Part shown: positions 13,101 to 25,700 of the stretch, piece by piece
Layout: each line of letters opens with the position of its first letter
Position numbering within the stretch: the stretch's first letter is position 1
NCBI GenBank assembly: GCA_964016885.1
Contig: OZ024751.1
Span: forward strand, 45,570,001-45,634,000
Direction of reading: 5' to 3'
Source: Eledone cirrhosa
Taxonomy: Eukaryota
Length of the DNA: 64,000 nucleotides
Position numbers and translations under genes: made by a program
The notes under the pieces: generated by a model
Database searches by the model: none
Told to the model about the DNA's origin: nothing
Seen by the model: only the letters and a program-made list of their open reading frames with translations

Positions 13101-14444
13101 GGTCCCTATCATTCCACTGTAAAGTGGTCGTGGAGGTGCCACGGCAAAAAAGCACCCAGCACTCACTGTAAATGAGGTTGATGTTAGGAAGTGCATCCAG
13201 CTGTAGAAATCAAGCCAGAATCAGTTCCCGTATGAGCAAGACAAGGTCAGCCGACCGGACACTGCCCAAAACAGGACAACCTGTCTAACCCATGCTAGCG
13301 TGGAAGAACGGACGCAAAACGGTGATGATGATGATGATGATGATAATATTAATATTCCTAACACACATGCTCTAGATGAACACAAGCTGTGATAACAATG
13401 GTAATAACTGAAAAATACAGGTAAGGCAAACTGGAGTAGAAGAATTTTAGAAAAGCCTTTGCATGTGTTACCTGTGAGCTGAAGTAGGCAGGCAGCAGGT
13501 AATAAGTCCTGGACATTACCTATGTTAACTCGAACAGTTTCAGTGTAGATAAAATCCAACAACACTTGCATGACAGTGGCTGACACACCTTGAATGTGGA
13601 TCGTAGATTCCCTTTTTTCAGACATCTGAATATCAAACAACACTTTCCATCAAACATCTAATATCAAACAACACTTTCCATCAAACAACTAAATATCAAA
13701 CAATACACTTCATCAAACATCTAAATATCAAACAAGACTTTTCATCAAACAATACATTTAATCAAACAATACACTTCCTCAAACAATGCATTTCATCAAA
13801 CAATGCATTCATTTCATCAAACATCTAAATATCAGACAAGACGTTTCATCAACTGGAAGGAAAGACGGCTGCTCTACCTGGCTGATGAGTCATAGTCAAT
13901 GCATAATGGTCATCACCGAAATATATATAACAGTGACTATGAATAAACAAAGTTAATTTTAACTTATTGACTTTATGTTTATATATACGTGGAGAAATGT
14001 ATAAAGGAGAACAAACCGTTGAAACATGTTTATTTAAATATATATATATATGTCCTGATATTTTGAGATTATTAAATCTTCTTCCAAGGAAAATAAAGGA
14101 ACTATTCCAGTGTCCGGTGTGGCTTGCTATATAGTAAGAGAAGGGAGTTCTATTGACTGGTACAATATATCTAATACATCACTGTATGCTGAGCCACAGT
14201 TTCAGAACAGAAATGAAATATAGTAAGAGAAGAGAGTTCTCACCTCATTAGTGAACATGGCACAGAAGTAGTCACTGCAAGCAGCCAACACTATCCTGTG
14301 GACTGGGAAATCCATGCCACCTACATGTAAAGTAACATCACACAACACCCTTGTCTTACGCAGTAGGTTCATCGTAGTCAGGATAGATTTAGCATGGCAA
14401 CTCGTAAACACTTCGCTGGCCTGTTCCTCTTCAAGATATGCCAT
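7166..14444 (-). CDS. KLHL12: Kelch-like protein 12 (BTB-BACK-Kelch CUL3 substrate adaptor), 576 aa, 10 coding exons
   Basis: Exons (minus): 14444-14244, 13625-13472, 12297-12080, 11662-11513, 10316-10202 (missed by the ORF track; [23 protein letters not shown]), 9947-9841, 9395-9203, 8975-8718, 8234-8048, 7313-7166. All introns are GT-AG, phases agree and the total is 1731 nt. The N-terminus HAKSIL..MN.LRK...LCDVTL.V...[20 protein letters not shown] and [11 protein letters not shown] match KLHL12 as I recall it. Six GG-Y-W kelch repeats follow. Confidence 0.93.
7863..7898 (-). ncRNA. Second copy of the minimal hammerhead motif, sense within the last KLHL12 intron
   Basis: The minus strand reads UCUU-CUGAUGA-A-GGAC(UAGU)GUCC-GAAA-UG-UU-AAGA. 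The flank at ~7795-7910 is homologous to ~46805-46906. Confidence 0.55.
10639..11517. repeat. Minisatellite of 39/46-bp units (~20 copies) in KLHL12 intron 4
   Basis: Unit TGACCTC(TGACCTY)TGACCCAACAYTCTACATACAATGACAATATGAY, abutting the exon 4 donor at 11512. Confidence 0.95.
12560..12840 (+). mobile_element. Degenerate 3' fragment of an RTE-clade LINE
   Basis: Translates with stops and frameshifts as [12 protein letters not shown]...[11 protein letters not shown]...[28 protein letters not shown], typical of the RTE (Rex3/Expander-like) ORF C-terminus. Confidence 0.7.
12944..13344 (+). mobile_element. tRNA-derived SINE with CORE-like domain and (GAT)n tail (family 2)
   Basis: A-box-like TGGCTTAG.GG and B-box-like GAGTTCAATTC, CORE-like CCTTGAGCAAGACACTT, 3' AACCCATGCTAGC...(GAT)n. 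A near-identical copy lies at 16001-16344. Confidence 0.8.
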
Positions 14445-14771
14445 TTTACTGCCGGAGAGGAAGGGAGGTAACTGCTGAGGCAGCACTTGGTACTCAGTTC
14501 ATCAAAGAGCTGTAGAAAAAGAGGAAACCTGCTAAAGATGGTGGTGAAGGTAATGATGGTGATGATGATGGTAGTGATGGTGATGATGATGGTGGCAATG
14601 AGTAATGGTTGTGAAAGTGGTGGTGGTAGTGGTGGTATTGGAAGTGCTGGTGAAGATGGTAATGATGGTGGTGAATGGTGATGATGTTAATGATAATAGT
14701 GATGGTGATGATTGCAGTAATGGTGATGATAATAGCAACAGTAGTGAATGCAAAGATGGTAAAAATGATAA

Positions 14772-14960
14772 TTGTTTCTATTTTAAGCACAAGGCCAGCA
14801 ATTACCCAGTACATTACTGGTACTTTATTTTATCGACCCCCGTAAGGATGAAAGGCAAAGTTAACCTCGGCGGGATTTGAACTCAGAATGGCAAGGGCCG
14901 TAACTCTATGCGTCAAAGCATGGTGTCCGACTCTTTATCGACACTGCCAATCCACCGCTC
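14772..14960 (-). mobile_element. SINE family 1, full length
   Basis: Reverse complement of the 19865-20047 consensus, from GCGGTGGATTGGCAG to AGAAACAATT. Confidence 0.8.
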
Positions 14961-16000
14961 TATGGTAAAAATGATAATGATGATGGTGTATTGAAATGTC
15001 ATTGGGTCAAGTCCCTTAATTTCACAGGTTTCTCTGGGTTGTCTTGCCACCTGAATGCAGGTTGCTTTGCTCACCATACTGAGCTGAGCTTAATTATCAA
15101 ACGGGGCCCAACTCAAGTCAGTATCTCCTCAACTTAGCTGGATTGTCCAGGGTTGATGAGAAGAGACCAGATGGTCTTAACCTTTGACCCTAAGTAAGAG
15201 GTAGATATCTCTTTTGGGACACCACAGTCAATGACCCTTTTGCTCCTTCCCACATATGGATGCTGCAGTAAAAGTAAAGGTCTCTGTATCTGTAGCTGAA
15301 CGGAATAAACTTCTAAAATTCCAGGAATTATCAGTAAATTATTTTTTCCAACCTGTGACGTTTGAGATGTTTGTGGAAGAGCAGGGCCGCTGACAAAGAA
15401 ATTCTTGTCATCGTTGATAGCTCACCTTACCGATATATCAGGTGATGCCCATGAGGATGCTTCTTGCTATCACTTGTGGCAATGCTGCGACTGTATTAAC
15501 TTGCCAAAAAACATTATCAAAGAGAGAAACTTCAGCACTCTTTGTTGTGGGATGTGACTGAGCGTGTGGGTCTTTTTTCTTGTATTTTTTTTTGTATATT
15601 ATCCTCCCCAACTTTTTTTTAATATTGTATATATATATCTAGAAGAAAATAATTACATATAAATATGTTTTTTTTAAAATAATAATGAGATTATTGAGTA
15701 CAGTGCTCAGGTGCAGAGACCATACACAAGCGAGATGCACATTCCTGGCCTGTCAGGGAGATCAGTAGATCCTCTCCAGTACTGACTTCGTCAATGTAAA
15801 TCTGTCCACCCCTTGCTAGCAAGGAAAGCAGACATTAAAACGATGATGATGATGTAGATGTATATATATTTATATATTTATATAAATGCTTTTTAATACT
15901 GTATATATACATATAAATATATATATATATATGAAAGAAATTTATTTATAAATGTTTTTAATACTGGATATATGTGGAAGATATTTATTTATATATAAAT

Positions 16001-16344
16001 GGAGGCACATGGCTTAGTGGTTAGAGCATTGGCCTTGCAATCGAAAGGTTGTGAGTTCAATTCTCAGACCGAGTGATGTGTTGTTTCCTTGAGCAAGACA
16101 CTTTATTTCACATTGCTCCAGTTTACTCAGCTGTAGAAATGAGATGATAGGGACTGGGGTCCCTATCATTCCACTGTAAAGTGATCATGGAGGTGCCACG
16201 GGGAAAAAAAAAAGCACCCAGCACTCACTGTAAATGACGTTGGTGTTAGGAAGGGCATCCAGCTGTAGAAATCAAGCCAGAATCAGTTCCCGTCCCACCC
16301 TTGCAAGCAGGAAAAAAGCGGACGTAAAATAAAATGATGATGAT
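16001..16344 (+). mobile_element. tRNA-derived SINE, family 2
   Basis: Nearly identical to 12944-13344 over about 285 nt. Fragments also occur at ~4082-4190 (+), ~33775-33880 (-), ~47000-47105 (-) and ~56480-56700 (+). Confidence 0.8.
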
Positions 16345-17104
16345 AAATATGTTTTTCAAAATCTTGCTATTCCCCAAATTCTACTGTAACAGTAAATATC
16401 AATAAGCTAAACAGCATCTGTGCTATTTCTCAATCTGCTAGAAGTAACAGCTAAATTATTCTCAAATCACCTCTACCCACAAACCAACGTCCATCTGGTC
16501 TTTTTTTTTAGTGTTCCAGCCGTAGCTGTGACCATCTCACCTCACTTTTTGTTTTTGTTGTTTTTTTAAAAGAGAATTCCAACTGGTAAATAAGGCTGGA
16601 TGGTCTCTCTCGGAGACACGGCAGGGGTAGGCGTATGTGCATGACTCATAGCTTCTGCACATGCGTACTTCAATTGGTACGCATTGTTTTTATTTTCGAA
16701 AATATTATTTCGAACTGTAAAGTAAACGCAACCCGTGTGTGTGTATGAATGTGTAAGTGCGAATGTGTGAGTCTGTGCATGTGTATGTGAGTGTGTGCAT
16801 GTATGTGTGTGTGCCTGTATGTGTGAGTATGTGAATGTGTATGTGTGAGTGTGTGTATGTATGTGAGTGTGTGCATGTGTATAAGTGCGTGCATGTGTGT
16901 TTATTTTTGGACGAAGAACTCAATACGTGTGTAACAAGAATAGTAGATTATTTGCACGAAGCTAATGTTCTGCTCTCGTCGTTGCTACTCAGAGTTTCCT
17001 CAGCACTATGTAAATTGTTCAGGCGATACTAGAAGGTTCGCATCAAGCGAGAAACTGGGTTACGACGGGAGCAGCTAGTCGCTGGCTTCATCAAATATAC
17101 ACAC

Positions 17105-17163
<59 letters not shown>

Positions 17164-17662
17164 ATAATTATATATATACATACGTACATATGTGTGTTGA
17201 CATGCGTGTGTGTATGTGTGAATAAGCCTGTGTGTGTACGTGCACGTGCACGTGCCCCCCCCCCCCCGTGTATATCGCAACAATCTGTCTGTTATTGTAG
17301 CTTAACGTTGATGCTGTTTTTAAAAAGAATTATTATTATTGTTGTTGCTATTATTATCAAAGATCGTTATTATTGTTGCTACTGTTGTTGTTAATTATTA
17401 GAATTATAATCTCAAATTTATTTATTTTTGTCATAATATTAAAAGAAAGGAAGAACGAAGAAGGAGAAGCAAAAACAACAACAATTAAAAATGCTTTCTT
17501 CATTACTGTGTATGCAATTAATAATGCAACGGATTATAATATATGCAGATGATATATAAGGCGTGCAGAATAACAAAGAGACAGGCAATGAGATATCGAT
17601 AGAAAGACAGATGGAAAGATATGTTGATGGTGCAACAAGGTGCAATGGTGTTGCATGCTTAC

Positions 17663-17820
17663 CTAAATAAGTGGAACAGCGGGCGCAGCAGATGTGAGAG
17701 AGAACAAGTGTCGTTTTTGTTGCTACTTTGATAAGATTTCCAGATAACCCCCGGAGATGCAGCCAGCAGCCGACACAACCAATCCATAGTTTAAGTCTCT
17801 CAGCCTCGTTGTCGACATAA
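17663..17820 (-). other. Candidate non-coding 5' exon of KLHL12
   Basis: Strong donor AG|GTAAGC at 17662-17661 (minus) in a locally CpG-richer segment. The ATG exon has acceptors at ~14510 and ~14529, so an upstream UTR exon is likely. The 5' boundary is approximate. Confidence 0.3.
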
Positions 17821-18540
17821 TTGCTTTTTTTGTTATTATTTTAACGATTTGTTATGTCTTGCTTTTAGTTGGTGCCGTTTGGTGGACTTCCACCAGTACA
17901 GGACGGTCTCTCGCTGGGGTTTTGTTCTGGTTGAAGATGGAGAAGGAGGTAGGTGAAGGAGAAGGGAGAGTTGAAGGGCCTGTGACACCCTTTTGAGGGG
18001 TTTTGTGACTGGTGGACGAGAAGAGGGTGGTGGGAGCCAGTGATACCTTTTTCAGGGTCTTTATGACTGGTAGATGGGAAGAGGGAGAGGTGAGGGACCA
18101 TTGTCAAGGGTTTTCTGTGATAGGTGGAGGCGAAGGGAGTGATGAGGGGTCAGTGACACCCCTTTCCGGACCTCTATCACTGGTGAATGAGATTTAAACA
18201 CTTAGAATGTTTAAACAAATACTTTTTGGTCAAAACTAGGTCGATATGCTAAGATTTAAACATTTATAATGTTTAGGTATCTGGTAGGCAAATAGGTTTT
18301 TTCTTCTTCTTAATATTCCCAACTGAAATCTGCACCATGTAACTCAAACTGGCAACCCTACTTCTACCCATAATCCATTACATGTAGTCCTAACTGGCAA
18401 CACTACTCTCACCCATAATTTAAGAAGAGACTAAACTCTCTAGTGGGTACCCACCAAAGCTATATAGCTCTATATCCTTCAAGTATGGTTAGTGGGTCCG
18501 GTCATCCTATTTATTTTGATAATGTCCAGTATTACTTACA

Positions 18541-18872
18541 TTAACCCTTTAGCATTTAAACAGTCTATATCTGGCCAGAATTCTCTCACCGCTTTCTGTT
18601 TAAACTGGCTGTAACCAGCCACTCATACTGATGTTAAGGTATTGTTCCTTCTTCTTCGCCTACTTCCTGAGAGGGTTGCTGGGGCAGAACCCTCAAAAAC
18701 TCCCTCCAACGGGTCCTATCAGAAACAACTGGTCCTATCTCCAACTGATCCGGCTGGATGCCCAAGGTGACCAGCCAAATATCAAAATCTCATATCGATA
18801 TTATGTGAGGTAAAGCCTTTACTGTGAAAATACAATAGTATATATAGAGTAATGTAAATGCTGAAGGGTTAA
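18541..18872 (+). mobile_element. piggyBac-like MITE carrying an internal RTE-LINE fragment
   Basis: TTAACCCTTTAGCATTTA ... TAAATGCTGAAGGGTTAA, with about 130 extra nt at 18648-18776. Confidence 0.82.
18648..18776 (-). mobile_element. 5'-truncated RTE-LINE 3' end with (GAA)n tail
   Basis: The minus strand translates as LGIQPDQLE..VVSDRTRWREFLRVLPQQPS and is similar at DNA level to 12775-12825. Confidence 0.7.
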
Positions 18873-19259
18873 ACCCCAGCTATAAATTTACAATTACTAA
18901 ATCATTCCATCTAAATATTTTCACACATAACACAAGTTCACACTGGAATGGATAGATCGCATTAGATTCTCATCTTAATTAACATAAGGTTAATACATTC
19001 ATTGTAAATTAGTTGTGTAAACTATAAACACATTGGACATTTTAATTAGATAATAATTAGTCTTCTAATCACAAGTAAAGTAATTAGCAAGAAAACATAA
19101 CACTAGATGTCGATAAAGCATTGTTTAACCAGATGAAATGCTGTGTTAAAAATATCTAAATGAGAATGTTGTTGCTGTTGTTGTTTACTATCCCTCATTG
19201 GGGTTACATGTTGTTATTGTTGTTTACTGCCCCTCATTGGGGTTGCATGTTGTTGTTGA

Positions 19260-19550
19260 GCCCTATATAGCTGAGGTGTCAGAAATCTGTAGTCCCTGAA
19301 CCCTAAATAGATGTTGTTATTATAGCTAAGGGGTCAGAAACCTTTGACCCTTGAAACATATGTGGCTATGTTGTTATAGTTGAGGGGTCAGAAATCTGTT
19401 GTTATAACTAAGGGATCAGAAACCTTTGACCCTTAAGCCATATATAGCCTGGGTTATAACTGAAGGGTCAGAAACCTCTGATCATTGAGTCCTATATAGT
19501 TCTGTTGTTAGAGTAAAGGGGTCAAAAACCTGTGGTTCTTGAGCCCTATG
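19260..19550. repeat. Degenerate ~55-bp repeat
   Basis: Recurring GTTATAGCTGAGGGGTCAGAAACCTTTGACCCTTGA, 5-6 copies. Confidence 0.65.
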
Positions 19551-19651
19551 TGATTGTTTAGCAAAACTAAAATGGGTCTTAGGTATAACGAAATTTTTCT
19601 TATATTTTAACTATTTTGTATATATTTATTTTTCTTATTACTATGATCCAA

Positions 19652-20452
19652 GGGTGGTGGATTGACAGTAATCGGTAGAGCGTCAAATACATTCTTTATG
19701 GCATAGAGCTACATTCCTTTACATTCTGAGTTTGAATCCTGTCGAGGTTAACTTTGCCTTTCATCATTACAGAGTCGATAATATAAAGTACCAGTAATGC
19801 ACTGGGGGTAGATTTAATCAACTTTATCCTTCCCCAAAATTGTTGACATTGTGCCTAAATCAGATGGCAGTATCGGTAGAGAGTCGGACACCATGCTTTG
19901 AAGCATAGAGTTACGTCCCTTTACGGTCTGAGTTCAAATCCCGCCGAGGTTAACTTTGCCTTTCATCCCTACGGGGTCGATAAAATAAAGTACCAGTAAT
20001 ATACTGGGATAATTGCTGGCCTTGTGCCTAAAGTAGAAACAATTATTACTATATATATATATATATATACAGTGAGTGCTGGGTGCTCTTTTCCGTGGCG
20101 CCTACACGACCACTTTGAGTGGGAGGGTGTGGGGGCATATTGTCTCTATGCTTCAGCTTCGGTTTGTACCCGTGGTGGGTCGGGTTTTCTCTATTACTGC
20201 GTGACGCCAGAGGTCACGGTCGTGTGTCATCGCTTTTATATATTATTATTATTGATACTCTGCTCGGGGGATTGGCAGTATGGGTAGAGGGTCGGACGCC
20301 ATGCTTTGACACATAGTTACGGCCCTTTCCATTCTGAGTTCAAATCCCGCCGAGGTTAACTTTGCCTTTCATCCTTACGGGGTCGATAAAATAAAGTACC
20401 AGTAATACACTGGGATAATTGCTGGCCTTGTGCCTAAAGTAGAAACAATTAT
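19652..20452 (+). mobile_element. Cluster of three tRNA-derived SINEs (family 1)
   Basis: Copies at ~19652-19860, 19865-20047 and 20268-20452 share GGATTGGCAGTATCGGTAGAG...GAGTTCAAATCCCGCCGAGGTTAACTTTGCCTTTCATCCTTACGGGGTCGATAAAATAAAGTACCAG...GGCCTTGTGCCTAAAGTAGAAAC(AAT)n. The central block resembles the MetaSINE domain as I recall it (unverified). Confidence 0.82.
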
Positions 20453-21584
20453 TTTTTTTTTAAGCTAAAAATGACTTCAGCTGACAAAGGCTCCCCCACA
20501 TCTGATAAAACTGAAAGTGTGGAGTCATTTATCTGATAAGAATAACATTGAAGAGTTGATAGAAAGATAAGATATCTTTGGCAGTTTAATCAAAGAAGGT
20601 TTAATACAAAGACAAGATTCGTTTGTTTATTTGTTTGTTTGTTTTTCATGCTATTTGGTAAAAATGATTCAGAATTTGACACAAAATGTTTTGTTTTTGT
20701 TTGTAGAAGGGTCAATATCGATTGTCAGTTGAAGACGAAATGTTTGAAACAAAACTAAACAAAAATAAACTTAACTGAAAAAAATAAAAATAATATATAT
20801 ATTTATTTATTGTGTGTGTGTGTATATATACATATATATATTCAAAATGGGGGAGGGTAAACAGGACGAAGACAATGGAAAAACGGACAGTCCCATCTCT
20901 TCAGTCAACCTCTGGAAATCATGAGAATTTCAGATCATTAAGGTTGATACTATTTATTCCAGTGCACCTTGGGACATAACAAAACAGGAAGAGACAAAGA
21001 AAGGAGAATGTATGCCTTACACTGAATATATGTATATAAAATTAAAATTAGTCTAAAAAAAGTAAATAACTTTTAAGCTGATAAAGAAAAGGATCAGTTT
21101 GTAGAGGATAAAAAGAAATTGTCAGAGTAGTAAATGCAAAATCGGTAAAGTATCAGAAAAATGCCTTGTGGGAGTTATATCCCTTTTTATTCCGAAGTTA
21201 AATTCCACCATACTTAATTTGCCTTTCATCTTTTCAGGGGCTGATAAAATTAAATACCAGTACTGCACTGGTGTCGATTTAATCTGTCACTGGTGAATGA
21301 GATTTAAATATTTATAATGTCTAAACAAATACTTTTTTGGTCAAAACTAGGTCAATATTCTAAGATTTAAACATCACCAATACCCCCTCCCTTCCCTGAA
21401 GAAATGAAAGGTTCTGGCAGTGACAATCCTGTGATTGTAGTTAAAGAGGAGATTCAAAAATAAATAAATAAATAAAAACTTCTTGTAATAATTTGAGAAA
21501 AAGAAGAAAAAAAATTAAATAAAAAGAAATAATAATAATAATTTCTGTGAATTTGTTTTAATAAAAATCTAAGTTGTGGAAATG

Positions 21585-22696
21585 TTAGGATCTGCGAAGA
21601 GTTCCGTAATGTATTTGTTCTGCTTTCAGTTTCAAATGTCTGAACTCGTCTTGGATTTTGTCAGTGATATAAACCCTTATTTCACGCTGAAATAAAATTA
21701 ACAATAATATGAGAGACAAAGAAAATATTTATTATTTATTATTCTTCATTTTCATTCTAAAGGGATAGAGAGGACGGATAAGTAATGTAAAATAGTATGA
21801 GGCATTATGAAGGGCATTTGGCCATAAAATCATACCAAAAACATTTTGAGAGTGCTCTTCAGCCATACCTGGGCCATAATGATCTCTCTAATGTTGATGT
21901 CATGATAAAATGTAATGAGTACACCCTGGAAATTGTTTCATGTAAGATGAGACATTTAATCATACAAAAAGTTGTCTAAAGTCTGACTCGAGCCCGGAGG
22001 CTTATCAGGCTGGGTCTTATCCCTGTTTCCATGGCGTTAACTCTTTAGCAATTAAACTGGCCATATCCATCCAGAATTCTCTCACCTCTTTCTATTCAAA
22101 CCGGCCATTACCAGCTGCTCATACTTATGTTAAGGTATTGTTCTCAAAATAGATATCAAAATCTCATAGATTCGATATTATGTGAGATAATTATGTAAGA
22201 TACAGCCTTTACCATGAAAATACAATAGTAAATATAGAGTAATGTGAATGCTACAGGTTAAGCAACTAAGAGTACAAGACTCCCTCCTGGACAGTATCAG
22301 AAAAGCGAGAAAGAGAGAGGATACTTACAGCACTTTTCCCAGCTTCCTGTAGTTGTTCAACATCTGATTTAAACTGTATAGGTTCACCAATTAAAACTGT
22401 GACAGTCTGTAGAGTAGAAGGTAACATGTAGACAACATCGTCATTATAAATGTGCTGGATTGGAAATAATCGGTAGAGCATTGAGCAACATACTTAGTGG
22501 TATAGGTACATAGAGAGAAGGAGAGAGAGAGGTAGTGTAAGGAAGGAAAAGAGGAGAAGAGAGAGAGAAGGAGGCAATGCGAGGGAGGAGAAGAAAGGAA
22601 TTGTACTGACCTGTCCAATTTTAGGGATGTAGGGTTTTGTGTTTGGTAAAATAGAATCCATTCCTGCAATAATAGGGGAGAATTGGTTAAAGAAAG

Positions 22697-22737
<41 letters not shown>

Positions 22738-22738
22738 T

Positions 22739-22784
<46 letters not shown>

Positions 22785-25700
22785 GCTGTACTTACCAACC
22801 AACCAAATTGGTAAAACCAAAGAATTATTGTTACAGTCTGCAATTAAACGGCCAACACCTAAAAACAAATAAAATCAATAATCAATCAGATTGATTTTAA
22901 TGAATTCAATATTTTTCCAATATATAAAGACAACAATATATGTAGTGTGTGTGAGCTGGTTTATGTGTGTGTGTGTATGCCTGTATGTATGTGTGTATGG
23001 TGTGTGTGTCTGTGTGTAAGGTGTGTGTGTGTATGGTAGTGTGTGGCTATGCACAAAGAAACATTACACTTCTTAATCCAGGAATCAAACCATTGATGTT
23101 AAGATTGTGCTCCCGATGTCCTAACCACTAAGCTACATATTTACATATGCCAATGTCTAAATTTACTGATCAGTCCAACCCATGCCAAGATAGAGAGAGA
23201 ATCAGAATGTAAGGAGAATAACAAAACTCACCCCATTTCAACCGCATGAATTCTTTGGTTAGGTTTACTCTTCCTAAACAGAAGAAGAAATGAGGAAAGT
23301 AAAATCAGCAGCAACAACAACTGCAGCAACAATAACATCACCAACAACAATAACAATAACAACAACAGTAAAATCAGCAGCAACAACAACAATAGGGACA
23401 ATAGCAACAATAACAATAACAACAGTAACATCAACATCAACAGCAACAACAATAGGGACATTAGCAACAATAACTGCAGCAACAATAACACCTTTACCAG
23501 CAACAACAACAATAACACCATCAACAACACCACCATCAACACAAACAACAGTAACATCACCAACATCAACAACACAAACAACAGTAACATCACCAACAAC
23601 AACACCATCAACAACACAAACAACAGTAACATCACCAACAACAACAACACCATCAACAACACAAACAACAGTAACATCACCAACAACAACATCACCAACA
23701 ACAACAACACCATCAACAACACAAACAACAGTAACATCACCAACAACAACACCATCAACAACAGTAACATCACCAACAACAGTAACATCACCAACAACAA
23801 CACCATCAACATCACCAACAACACCAACAACAACATCACCATCAACAACAACACCATCAACACAAACAACAGCAACATCACCAACAACCACAGCACCACC
23901 ACCAACAACAACACCATCAACAACACAAACAACATCACCAACAACCACAGCACCACCAACAATAACACCACCACCAACAACAACAACAATAACAGAATCA
24001 TAATAAACACTGTACCTTCAGGAAACATATGTAGCCATTGTCCTCCATTTAACTGATCAAGAACAAAATCTAAACTCTTTTGGTAAACTCCTTCTCCTCG
24101 ACAGACTGGTACCACACGTCCAAGACTGAAGAACAACGAATGCCAATATTTTGTGAAGCAAATATTGTCAGCTCCTAACGTCCAACGGATATTTCGGCCT
24201 CCAATCAAGTACCTCCATTTCAGGATACCTGCCAATCAATAAAAGCACCAGGTGTTTTAACACGGCCAGGAATATGGCTAAATATTATTTAACCAATGGT
24301 TAACTAAATTATGTCTTTTTTTCCTTTATTATTATTTTTTTAAAAACTGGTTTTAGTAATTTGACTGTGGCCATACAGGAGCACTAAATTCAAGGGTTTT
24401 AGTAATTGGACTGAGGCCATACAGGAGCACTAAATTCAAGGGTTTTAGTAATTGGACTGTGGCCATACAGGAGCACTAAATTCAAGGGTTTTAGTAATTG
24501 GACTGTGGCCATACAGGAGCACTAAATTCAAGGGTTTTAGTAATTGGACTGTGGCCATACAGGAGCACTAAATTCAAGGGTTTTAGTAATTGGACTGTGG
24601 CCATACAGGAGCACTAAATTCAAGGGTTTTAGTAATTGGACTGTGGCCATACAGGAGCACTAAATTCAAGGGTTTTAGTAATTGGACTGTGGCCATACAG
24701 GAGCACTAAATTCAAGGGTTTTAGTAATTGGACTGTGGCCATACAGGAGCACTAAATTCAAGGGTTTTAATAATTGGACTGTGGCCATGCAGGAGCACTA
24801 AATTCAGGGGATTTAGTCACTATTACACCAATTACTTCGTCTGAGGCATATTTTAACAATGTTACAATGATAGGGGGGGGGGGTCTTCGTGGATGGGAAA
24901 GGAGATAACCATGATGGAACAGAATATCACAAAGTATTTTTCACTGATTTTCTTTTAATCTCATATTCATACACACACACACACACACATATATATATGT
25001 GTGTGTGTATCTATTACTTACCCCACAGAACTGGTTCATCAATGCAGCTGTAATGGTTACTAACTGTGACCAAACCTTGGTTAACTGGTCGTTTCTCAAT
25101 GGCATCAAACAAGACATCTCTGTTGATTATGTTAAACGTATTGAGACAATCTACAAGAAAAGAACATATCATCATCATCACTATCACCATCATCACATAC
25201 TACCACACACTATCTCAACCACCACCACCAACATCAACATCATCACAATTGCTATCTACTACCACACACTATCACCTCCACCACCACCATCGCTACCTAC
25301 AACCACACTACCACCACCACCAGACAAATTTTCCAAGACTAGATGCCCTTCATGATACCAACCCATACCTTATATTAAGTACGGTATAAACTGCTGACGT
25401 TTGTCAAGCTGTATTGTTTATGGAGATTAACAAATGTCACCACTGAAGTCTTTTGAGAGAAAGAGAGATACACATAGACGTACAGAGAAAGGGGGAAGAG
25501 ACATACGCAGACATACACACACATATATACTTGACCTTATTTACACATCAGTTATCATTGAGTAAGCAACAACAATGGAATGTGAGTAATAGAGTGGGGT
25601 GGAACATGTTTTATCATAGGTCTACTGGATCACGTCTGACCTGGGACTAAACAACAACAGCGAAACGGAACATCTTTGATGATGGATTTTGCAAGATGAG

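Noticed and set aside
16001-16072. tRNA-like sequence
   Set aside because: It has A and B boxes but no complete cloverleaf and continues into a SINE body, so it is a SINE head.
23228-24235. 335-aa ORF with a poly-Leu/Val membrane-like tail, and the antisense 237-aa mucin-like Thr/Pro ORF
   Set aside because: Only 24228-24016 and 23273-23232 are tafazzin exons. The rest is a stop-free trinucleotide tract between canonical splice sites.
24349-24818. GTTTTAG-starting 46-bp repeats resembling a CRISPR array
   Set aside because: Units are contiguous with no unique spacers, there are no cas genes, and the array lies in a eukaryotic intron.
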